64,000 nucleotides of DNA from Oopsacas minuta (taxonomy: Eukaryota > Animalia > Porifera), in NCBI GenBank assembly GCA_024704765.1, contig JAKMXF010000077.1:1-64000 (forward strand), in the 5' to 3' direction. Below, one piece after another: positions 52,930-64,000 of this stretch (within the stretch, counting starts at the first letter, position 1; each line of letters starts with the position of its first letter). A program made the translations under genes and the position numbers. The notes beneath the pieces are model-generated. The model had not been told where the DNA came from. It searched no databases and was given only the letters and a program-made list of their open reading frames with translations.

Positions 52930-55460
52930 ATGTCAATTATCCAGAAATATACTTCAGAATAACGAAGCTTATGATCTTGTGCGCTCAAAATAATCTCTCA
53001 GAGCTGCAACCCAAGAGTTGACTTTCATATTCCATCAACCTGAGAGGGATATAACCTTGTTTATCCACTGTTGCATGAATTAAAATCAATATGAAGATCT
53101 TTGCCAACATGATGCAATATCTACCTCTGAGGTTTGTGTTGAAGGGAGAAAACCCTGTCCGCAAGAACTGTGAAAGCAATGAGAAGAAAATAGCGGCTTT
53201 GTTAAGCCTCATAAAGCAAATAGTCAAGAGGAAATATGCTATACCAAAGCTATTACAACTTACGCAATGCAACTAACATCTAATGACTCAAAGATCTACC
53301 ACTGTAAAGTTTCCTAAGGCGAGTATTTTAGAGGATACATTTGCAAATCAATCGAAACTATGTCCATTGATAAATCCACATACTTGCTTGATCTTCTTGA
53401 AATTGGCAAGAGAAATACACATCCTATCCGTAAACTTGAAAATCGGAACACATAATATTTCCATGTTATTCGAAACTCAGTGAATAATGTGAGCACGCCA
53501 TCCTTGCTAGGACGTTAGATGTCTTTCGGCAAGGTGTCCTAACACCGTTAGGCCAGTTGTATGAATGTCTCAGAAAGAATGAATTTAGAATGTCAAATTA
53601 AATTCGTAAAATTTCATTTATCCAGGTGAAGCAGTCATTGAACAGGAAGGATTGCAATTCCATGAAGGTGTAGTCAAGATATGTCGGGGTATCTTGAGTT
53701 GTACTGGTGGTGAATTATGTCAATTAGGTACATCTATTATAAACGAATTGAAAGATATGGACTTGGCTAGGGCTCGATTCCCTATAAATAGAGTTATAAG
53801 AAAGGCAAAAGAAGAGTTCTGGATGTACAGGGTGTATCATAATTATTGTCGGGTTCTAGGAATATCCCAAAACACAAAAAGTGGATCGTTTAAGCTAATT
53901 ATTTATTTATGTAATCTCCATCAGATTCTATAACTGATCTAATCCTATTAGGCATACTTGCTACTAAATTTTCTGAAATTTTTGGATCAACGCCCTCCCA
54001 TGCCTTTTTACTTGAGAAATTAAATGGTCCAGCTTCGTCACATTCTCCATTTGGCTGACGCTATCTTTCAGAATAGACCATAGATTCTCAATAGGATTGA
54101 GGTCGGCCGAGTTTCCTGGCCATTCTTCTTTCATCCAAAACTTTGGGAAATTCTTTTCACACAAGGACTGAGTCGAATCTGCAGTGTGTGCTGGAGCATC
54201 ATACTGCATAAAAATAAAACTGGACATATCTGAGGGGCATTGATCGCTGTAATATTGTCCCATTTTCTGAGTCGCGTTCTATTGCATCCTTACAGGTTTT
54301 ATTCAAAATATAGTTCGGATATTAGCAACCATTTATTGTCTGTTTTGGAGGCACTATATGGAGTTCAGAGACAGCTCGATGGGACATCTTGCCCCAGACA
54401 TGAATTTTCCCTGGAAATTTAACTTGAGCGCAAGTTTCAACATTGTCTGAATTTTTAGCCCAAACGCGGTCGTTCTGTCGGTTTGGAGTATTGAACAATT
54501 GAAAAGGTGATTCACCAGATCACAATACCTATTCCAATCTTTGACAGTCCATTCTTTGCGAGATTCTGCAAATTTGAGTCGTTTTCCTTAATTTTTTCCG
54601 TTAATCGCGGCCTTTTAGGCCCTTTGTAAGATTTCGTACCAATATTATCCGGAAGATAACGATGAACGGTCGAATGCGATATAGGATAGCCCCTTGAGGT
54701 CACTATGTCAGCCAATTTCCCAGTAGATTTGTATCTTTTTCCGAGAGATTTCGAAATTATAATTTTGGCGGCCTTGTGTACACTCGAATTCCTCCCAGGA
54801 TGGGCTACAGTTTTTGAGATTTTCTGAGCTTCTGCTTGCGCCACCACCGTTCAATTGATCTCAAACTTACTTGGAGCTATAAAGCTACGTCTTTCTGTGT
54901 CATGCCAGCATTTGGCATGCCAATAGCTTGATTACGGATTTCCAAACCATGATCTTTGGCATTCATTTTCCGAATATATCAAGGAGCGTCAATGTGAAAA
55001 AATTTTCTAAGAAATACGATCAGCGCAAAGTAGTTAAGTATTGTTTTAGATAGCATTAACATAATGCTTTACGATACTGCATAATAAATTGACTTCTAAT
55101 TAAGGTTGTAATACAATCCGTTACTATATGAATATTGTTACTACCTGACAACATTTATGATACACCCTGTAGTGCCATTTTCGAACTCAGTGACCCCACA
55201 GACAAACTGGAAATTGCAAGCAGAAATACTTTCACATGAGCAAGCATTACTCCTTCTCTTTACAAAATCTTCGCCCATTTCACATAGTTAGTTCGAGATT
55301 GAAATTACAGATATGGATTAAAGGAGATTACTGAAAAGGTTCAGCAGCTTGTAAATTACAAGCAAATAAGACGGTATCGTGAGCATCTATCTAGGAAACC
55401 AATTTCGACTTGAACATTCAAGATGTATTGCTAGATGTCTGAGCAGTAGCGGATTAACCA
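52930..55460 (+). pseudogene. Transib/RAG1-core-like transposase relic D, internally deleted and split by a Tc1-type insertion
   Basis: MSII..QNNEAYDL, MSIDKSTYLLDLLEIGKR (~53360), IIFPCYSKLSE, and ORF 53652 (GGELCQLGTS...RFPINRVIRKAK). After 55171: ASITPSLYKIFAHF and KQIRRYREHLSRK. All are colinear with element C. Confidence 0.82.
53828..55169 (-). mobile_element. Tc1-like element, probably DD37E, inserted at a TA inside relic D
   Basis: TIRs CAGGGTGTATCATAA(T/A)T(A/G)TTGTC with TA at 53826-27 and 55170-71. FMQYDAPAHTA...WPGNSADLNPIENLW gives 37-residue spacing if the Y is the mutated catalytic D. Confidence 0.88.
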
Positions 55461-58400
55461 TGGTACCAAAGGAAAATTGGCGCCCAACCTCGACTTTGAA
55501 CCGACCTCGCAGACTTAGCATATATGGATGAAATTTCCCTGTTTTTAATAGGACATTTATATGTAGATTGCGGATTTAAGCTCAAGACTTATACACCACA
55601 TGGTCTCACTTTATACTTAAAATTATAAATTTCTTATTTTTCTATGCCTAGAGGCTATAGTATATATATATACATATATATTATTCGTAGTTAGTTAATA
55701 AGCCAGTTATCTTACTTTGCTCTCACATTCAAAGACAATTAGCATATAAATATCAATGCGAAATTCAAGGGGGGGTTATTCATGTGGTTATTAAATAGTC
55801 TGTACTTTCTTTACTAGTAGTAATTTTTCTGAATTATATTTGATTATGATTACTGTGTTTAAATGGATAGAGGCTAAAAATACCAGCCTCACAGGCCCTT
55901 AATCCGCCCCTGCTTCTGAGCCAAAATGACCTTAAATTCTCCACCCACGATAGGCTTTTAGTATGTAAAAGATGTAGGGTTATATGCTATATAAGGAATG
56001 AGAAGTGCGAAGTTGGAGAGATCATGCTCTTGGGGCAAGATAATATTTAGACTCTTCAATCTCGAAGTAACATCAAATAATATATGAATTTTGTCTAGCA
56101 TATTGAATAAATATAATATCTGAAAATATGTATAATATATACAATATTGGTGTATAAAACACTTTATAGATTCTAGTTAATGGCTGAAATGGATAATATA
56201 AAAGAAAGATGTCACAATTAGGTCATAGTAAGATCATGAAGCCATATATATAGTTAGATGGAAATAGAATTATTTTTCCATAATTCATATGAAAAAATAT
56301 TACATTTGTTAGATCTACATACATGGGAATCCCAACTTCCGGTGAACAGCAAAAATAACAAACTATGGAATTCCTCACTCAACATTGACAGATGTTCGTT
56401 TCTATTGAAATGGATGAACGCATACAAATAGCCCCACGAAAAGAGGTTCCCAACATAGAGACCACATATATATATAAGTTAGACTATTTACAGAGCCTTC
56501 TGAAGTGGGGTTCGAGGCCATAGCTACTCCACTTTTCATTATGATAAATACAGCAAAAGTGCCATTGCGCGTTAAGAATATCTTGAAGAATAGCCTGTAT
56601 CATTCATTATGCACTGAGGTATAATTGATGAAATATGCAAAAATTGAAAACAGCTTAATGAAATGGATTCGAAGATGCTTTGTGATATATTTGGAGTGAA
56701 TAAAAGAAATTTATTCGCTAATAGCGATAGAAAATATTAAATTTGATCCACTATACCATTGACCTTCAATTTCGTATTAGGGTGAAATTTGCTAGGGCAG
56801 AAAAGAATAACAGTACACTTCTTGATATCAAATAATCCGATATTTTTAGACACTGAAATGAATCATTGTCGAATAGCAAGTCATAATTTACCTGTCCAAT
56901 GGTCATATTCCTCTACCGGATAAATTTGTGGAATGTAAGTTGTGCGATATTCACACAATTAAATTTATGGCAGTGTTTTCAAAATATTCCTATCAGTTAA
57001 CATCAGACACATGAAATATAGTATTAAGCTATAGGATTATTAAAGGATTCTGTAGATAACATGTATTCAAATAAATTATATATTGAATGTAAGTTATATG
57101 TTTTTAACACCTTTACGATAATAGCCTTATTTTATCATAATCAGTTACAGCCCCAGAACAGTGAATCAGAATTATGAACTAGCATCTTGAAATCTTTTTG
57201 TTCGGATAGAGAAGCAGATCTTAATTTCCGATCGGGACGTTTAGTTGCTGAGAAATACGAGGCATTTGGCTAAGGGGTTATGCCACTTTTGAAGCGTGAT
57301 TAAATAGACCATAGAAGAGGGGAATTCCAATTCCTTGGATTTGTTTCAAATTCTATAGTAACTTCATATACATGCCTAAGATACGTGGTACAAAGGAAAT
57401 TGTGATTAGACAAATATTTTGAAAGTTACCGCGGTTCGAAGTATGGACCTCCCTATGCCAATGTATTGACGCCATAAACCTGAGGACCACAATATGATTG
57501 GGCTATTTGTCAGTGACTCTGACTGCTATGTAGTTGATCTTTTGATATGATGTGCATAAACCTTTTAAGGTTCTGGCAATCATGGCAGAATTTGGATTTT
57601 CGGTCCAGAATCGGAGATATAGCACAAAATGACGTAATTTTTGTAATGAACAAAAATAATTGGACAAATAATGATGAATTCATTAAATAAGTACATACAG
57701 GCTTCTGGAACGAAGATCCAAATCGGCCTCGATTACATGGATCCAAATAGGTTATGTACAACATATCCAAAAACTACCTTGCAGGGAGAGATAGTCACTG
57801 ACCTGGAGCTAGAACTGTAATTTGGGAGCCGATTTATGACCTTAATACAGCGGGCATAGCGAGGTCGATACTTTGAACCAGAATAACATAAAAATATATG
57901 TCCAATCCAAATTCCATCAGTCCCACGTTCCAGTCACATAGGGGCTATTTAGCTGGAAATAGACATAATATTCATCATCTTAGGTAAAATGTTCAATTAT
58001 CACATTGAATTCATCATAAACCTAGGAATACGTATATCACATCCTGAATAAACAAGGAAATAGGTTTATCTAGTGGTGAATGTTTTCATATTCCTTTTGA
58101 CCTGAGTTTCTGTTCTGCGGTTTATCGAAGTTTCTCAAGTTTCAATGATGGATTTTGTATTTGGAGCTTAGAATGATATATTAAAGACCCATGACACATA
58201 TATTTTGAAGTATCAAATTAATATCTTAAAATCAATCATATTTTCCAGTGCATAATACACAACCATATATACATTAGGAGAATTTGCAAGACATATATCG
58301 CAGTCCGGAAATTATTTGATCCTGAAACTTGTTGTGCAGCTTCAACCACTGTACTCTCAATGGTTTACTATGTAGAATATATAATACAATCAAGAAATAT

Positions 58401-59989
58401 AATAGTTTGGCTCCCAATTCCCCTGCCAAGTGGCATTATTCAATCCATGGGCCTGTGACTCTCCTAAAGTCCCAAAAAGGCCATTACATTGAATCTCTTT
58501 GATCATCAATAATAAATTGAGTTTGAAGGATTAAGGAGAGATTCGCAGCATATATCGATCAGATAATTGCAATTATCAAAATCTTTGAATTTCTTTTAAC
58601 TGATTCTAGAAGATATAGACTAAGGAATTTGTAATGAAAGTGTAAAATTGATTATGTTCACCAAACATAAGAAATATTCCACTCACTTCCTGCTCAAGTG
58701 GCCTGGTAATGATTGAAACTGATAGTTAGAGAAGTACATCGTCTCATGACGTAATTGATGTACTGCAGTAGATTAGAGTGAAATTGCCCACTTGAAACTC
58801 AAAATTTCCAATATTACCCCTTGTTTCAAAAAAATTATTAAAATTTAAGGTTCAAATATTTACAAGTTAAGTGAGCATAAATATCATATCTGAATACATA
58901 TCACAAATCACGCCACAAACGTACGAAATACCATTTGAACGTAAAATAGTGGAGGTATGCTCACTTAGACAACTACCTATTGAATATCAAAAAGAGTATA
59001 GCAAGCAGAATCATTTGGAGGATATGCAAAATGTGTGAAATTATGATAAACATGCACGCTTGTTTTAAATGGGAGTAATAACCTCGACTGGCTTCGCAAA
59101 AATATCATACATAGGTCATATATTTACTTGTAGTCATTCAAAAGCTTAAGGATCTGGGCACATGGTACACAAGTACCAACTGAATACTCTTCTAGCAAAC
59201 TATATTCGTCATCTCAAGCGATCAACAAATTTCATACAAAACTGAGGGATTAACAAAATATGATGGAATTTCAGATTTTCACTATTAAGAATTCTAGTTA
59301 TTTCACAATATTTAGTTCCAATCTCAAGGTTATCTCTAGATTTCCAATAAACCGTAAACGGTGCAGTAACCAGCATATGGAGAATAATTATCTGGAGTCT
59401 ATGAGTATATAATCCATCTCATAATTTTAGATTGCAAAATTGTTAAGAGGTTTATTATAGACAAGGAGAATCTGTATATGAACGCTAACTTGAACAATGA
59501 TTTGTCTCTCTATGTGCATGCCCACTCGACTATTAAGTATAAGGTATATTGGTTCGAGGAAGCATTTTCTTGACTGAACTCCCTAAAGGCCCAGTTCAAA
59601 ACAACACAATGGACACTCTTTTAGAACATATACAATTTTCCGACAAGTATAGATAACGGCTTACATGTATAATATGACCCTACTCAACATTGAGTGGAAT
59701 ATCTGCATAATTTGCAAGAATCTATCCAAAATATGGTATTTGATATCGAAAGTAATTGCTACAAAAGCTGGAAATACATTTGGATGGTCGCTTGGGGTGT
59801 ATGTCAACAATAATTAGGCAACATCGAATTCAGAGAAGATCCATTTTGGACCAGAGAAGCCACACAAGTAGTTGGAACAAGAAATTCAACGGGCATGTAG
59901 AAGAATAATATTCTATAAGTTACTAACTTGTGTATAACAAGCAAGAATCTGTCTTCTTACCTAAATGTAGAAAGAAATTAAAAATAACA

Positions 59990-60394
59990 ATTATCTCGCG
60001 ATCACGATCCCGATCGTTTAATAAAAAATGATCGAAGATAGTGACTCCTTGCACCAAAAAATGATCTAGATCACAATCACGATCATTTCCGATTACATTT
60101 CTGAAATTTATAATATACAGAGATACTACATTACCTGCGGCAGTGCATCCTTCTAGGACGTCATAAGAAATCTATCAGTCATATTGCCTTTAAAATTAGT
60201 ACATACAGAGATATATACATTTTGGGGTCTAAATTCGGAATTCTTAAATTCTGTCTGCCTGAAAACAGTGAAAATATGATGAAAAAATTTTGGGGAAATG
60301 ATCGCGAGGTTACATTCGATCACTGTACGTATATAAAATGATCGGCAATCTTACTCCGACGGTTAAAAAAACTCGCGATCACGATAATACCCTA
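59990..60394. mobile_element. Probable hAT-type MITE remnant with GATC-rich subterminal repeats
   Basis: About a dozen GATC/GATCGCG/CGATCAC motifs in 400 bp, ending in CTCGCGATCACGATAATACCCTA (reverse complement TAGGGTATTATCG, a hAT-like terminus). The left terminus was not found. Confidence 0.45.
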
Positions 60395-63318
60395 GAATTA
60401 CCTGAATGACATAACAGAATAAAGCACTCGTGATTCATTCTATTAACATGTTCTAATGCATCAACGTAATATGCGTTGCTGTAAAAGTTTCTATAGATAA
60501 AATGGAAAGATTATAAGGCGTAGAATGGAAATTTGTGAGCGCATGCTATTATATATTCTCTTTACCATGAGAACAAACGCTCAACATAGCACGAAATCTG
60601 TGAAATTGTAAGAAACCTGTATAATGTGTCAGCATCACGAAATCTCTTTGTCAATGGCTTCTAGTATATCGATCGAACTGAGATGAATAATACCGAGCAA
60701 TATAAAAAGGAAAACATCGAGTTCACAATCATATCAACATAGCAACAGTTTAGAGTGCTTTAAAATCATGTTTGTAGTTTGCATACCTTTGTATGGAACA
60801 AGCAGCAACCCTCATTATGTCCTATTGATTTGAAATATATCGTGATCTAGTTTTGCTAAAATTTTGTGTATATATTAGCGCAACGTACCAAGTTCATCCA
60901 AATTGGTTGCTTTCGTGTGTTTAGTAGGGTTATTGAGATATGTGCATCTAAACCATTCTGAATAAGCAGTTGCCTGATTTTAGTAATTTAATCAGAATTT
61001 CCAATTGCATATTGTTAGATAACTCTTTGGCATATTCGATAATCTTGTCAAAGTCGAAATTGACAACAGCTAATGTCAACTAGTGACCTGTTTTTTACTA
61101 ATATGCTTAAAGTATCAAGAATGCAATCAAACTGGCTTACAAACATCTCGGACACCAGAGAATGAGAAAACCAATGAGTAGTCATAAATGTGCAAGTTCA
61201 AGAGCTTGGACGTTGGGATAGCGCTCTTTATGGACGTCTAAGAAAACTGCAGGGCGCTTTGTTACATTCATGAACCAATACTTTTAATGCATCGAGGTGA
61301 AAGGCTTAAGTGGCCTTATAGGTTTTCAGAGAATGTAGCTCCATCCATTTAATGCTATTTAATGTAATCAATCCAATAGCTGTTCCTTGGATATTTCATT
61401 TATACATTTCCAGCAGAATCACCTAATTTTTCATTAGATGCATCTTTCATTTCGCCAGCTAGAATGACATAACAAGACGCGTTTCCACTTCACGTTAATT
61501 ATGATCAGGAATACAGAAGCAGTGATGTAAGCAAATCATTTCGAGTATCTGGACAGAGTATTTTTGCATTTCTTGGATGACTTCAGATCCTCTTCGTTAG
61601 AATGATAGTGATGTACTTATCTAAAGTTTTATAATTTCATATAAGATTCCATTATTTTAGCGATTCATCCTATTGATGAAATCCTCGAAGAGGAATATCT
61701 TGTTTTGCACTAAAAGTGATAACTACAAGAACATGAAAATTGGGATCCAGTTGCATTTCAACTGTGCCTACCCTTTGATGAATGATCTAATTATCTGTAA
61801 TTCAACAGTTGCCACGTTACACAGAACTATAGTGCTCTCTGCACTCTCCCCCCCCCAATTTTCTTGAGGTCACAAAGGAAATTTGTTGGAAATGTTGCTT
61901 CAGGTGTTGGTCCTTCAAAAAGGTTACACGGTTGGAAAAAATATAGGATTGAAATTTCGCTATACTCTATATAGGAGAGTGTATACCCATGAAATGTCAT
62001 TCGAGATGATTTGGGGGAGGACAATGGAAGGTTGTCTTGGTTTATCAAAGTTATCAAAGTTATCAAACATATAATTCAGATTCACAATTTGTTATTCGTG
62101 CCAAGAGCAAAGTTAGAACTAGAGGTATATGAATAGTAATTTGATGACTCTCAATTTGACTCGTAACAACAGGCTCACCTTGTACCTTGTAATCTTTCGA
62201 AGTAGAAATATGATCTTCTTTTCTATTATATTTCTCATAAACTATGCCGGATACCTGCTATGTTGTAGCCTTTCAGCCATTTAGAAGTGGGAGAGATGAG
62301 TTAGCGTATTGATTAAAAGAACTAAAATGTGAAATATATGAATGAATAAATTTTCTATAGCAATAGAAAGATGCGAATTTATCTATCTCTGAATTGGGAC
62401 GCATCAACTCTTCACATATACATACTCATCACATATACGTTCCAATATGCAAATATTTAATAGATGCACTTACACAGCAATCAAGGGTTTCACCGATCAT
62501 CGGTGGCTATATTAACATTCCTAACCAATAACTACAGGATCTATATTAAAGATACTCGATAACATTGAAATTTTCACCGTGGATAACGACGATCATTGAA
62601 AAACATTATTTACTCAAGTTTAAAGTTCACGAGACATCATTTGATGACAATAATAGATTTGGTGATGACTTCATAAATATCATAGGTCACATATCAAAGT
62701 TACGTAGTGACATTTATATTGGAATGAAATGTTATGAGAGTGTAAATATTTTCATAAATATTATGAAACTTTCTTAGGATCATTATTTGTTTACTTTATA
62801 ATCATGATCTTGGTACATGCAAACATTTCAAAACTAGTTCAAAACACAGAAATTGAGACACTATAATATCACTTGCATTTTACAGACAAAGAAGACTCAG
62901 ACGTTGTAGACTCTTAAATGGAGAGTAAGGCTTCCAAAGATGAATTAAAAGCAGTCTGAGGCAATTTACTAAACTGTCAACAGAAATTCAATACCTTCAA
63001 AAACCGGACGACTTTATGTCTTGAATTAAAAACATTTCACAAGACGAGTTAGGAATTTCGTAGTTTTGAGATCATAATACAAGTGAATTAGTGCTATACG
63101 AGTATAATTATTGAGATACAGTATCTAGAAACTACATGGACGGACAGTTTCAAAATTCAATGATGTTGAGAAACTCTTTCGGGAGCAGTTGCACCCCTTG
63201 ACTCACTGTAACAATGTGCCTGAGAGATGTATAATGTGAGGGAAGTGAAATGTGATGATGGCATCGCCTACTTGTTAAAATCATAGTTACTGTGTTGAAT
63301 ATAGTATTCTTGTGCATA

Positions 63319-63800
63319 CGAGGGTCACCCGAGAATTTTTAAAAACCCATATTTCTAGTTTGAGAATTAAATTATATCGTGGAGAATATCTTCTAAAGTA
63401 TATTTGATCGATTCATATAAAATTATATTAGCTTATCTTCAATTATCTTGAATTTTAATTTCATTTAAAATTTAACATGTTTTTTGGTAATCTTCATGGA
63501 TTTGGAATGGTGAGACTTTAGATCTATGATATTTTAGGATTACATGCCTGAACTTGCTCTCAACGTAAATTTGATTAATATTTTGTTTTGTTGCTACCGT
63601 TTTATAACGGATTACACCTCTAAACAACAATATAGACCTTGGTATACAGAATTCTGAAGGGGCAGAACATCTCTCCATGTTGAGGCCCGAAATGTTGCCA
63701 ACTACTGTTTGTTCCCTTGAAACTGTCTAGAGGGTAAAGAAGCTCATCGAATCAGAACGTAGGATCACTTATGAGCCAATCCTTTGCGAAATTCCTCTTG
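63319..63800 (+). mobile_element. mariner-like 5' relic
   Basis: TA|CGAGGGTCACCC mariner-type terminus, followed by ETV*RVKKLIESERRITYE (mariner HTH region, ~63720-63775). The right boundary is approximate. Confidence 0.55.
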
Positions 63801-64000
63801 AATTATTCTGGTAAATACTAAAAAGTTTGAAAATTTGAAATCAATTGGGTAGTTAAACACGATAATTCTAAAAACTTCTCGACTGACCCTCTTATATACG
63901 ACATATTTGTATCTTCATACATTTTTCCCAAATGAAGTATATTAGAATTGTAGTTAACATTCCAAATTACACAATATGATCAACCAATGATAAAAACTTG

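Noticed and set aside
49552-53500. RAG2-like partner gene in or beside the RAG1-like elements
   Set aside because: B and C leave only ~200-300 bp between the transposase stop and the right end, and no kelch- or PHD-like ORF is visible on either strand. The ORFs at 52.8-53.9 kb belong to relic D.
55820-55857. TACTGTG as the right end of relic D
   Set aside because: Only a 6/7 heptamer match. The following bases do not resemble the B or C ends, and no TSD can be tested.
56495-57490. tRNA genes (GGGGTTCGAGGCC at ~56505; GCGGTTCGAAG at ~57431)
   Set aside because: Only B-box-like fragments, and no cloverleaf can be drawn. At most these are decayed tRNA-derived SINE heads.
62470-62600. LINE endonuclease relic (IIGGYINIP)
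   Set aside because: A single weak GDxN-like motif without supporting motifs.

Overview
AT-rich eukaryotic DNA, probably from an invertebrate animal; the taxon cannot be determined from the sequence. The window is almost entirely a nested transposon graveyard next to a 58-bp satellite array, and I can support no intact host gene, tRNA, rRNA or CRISPR array. Content: (i) a homogeneous 58-bp satellite at 1-2070 with older inverted copies at 7294-7593; (ii) at least nine Tc1/mariner/pogo-type elements or relics (DD34D, DD34E, DD37D, DD37E, Tigger-like); (iii) two hAT transposase elements, a P-like transposase relic, a FLYWCH/MULE relic and two LINE fragments; (iv) three Chapaev-type transposases; (v) four Transib/RAG1-core-like transposase copies (A 33.9-35.3 kb, B 37315-40206, C 49552-52661, D 52.9-55.5 kb) plus a solo end at 9222. 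The main observation concerns B and C. They are visibly divergent, yet both are bounded by V(D)J-RSS-heptamer ends (CACAGTG or CACAATG) with perfect 5-bp TSDs. Both place the same inner motif (GRAAATWG) at nt 19-26 of the left end and nt 28-35 of the right end, a shared short/long (11/20-nt) spacer asymmetry reminiscent of the 12/23 rule. Element C is one frameshift away from a ~710-aa ORF that retains the DDE and zinc-ligand residues. All family assignments come from motifs recognised by eye, not from database searches.
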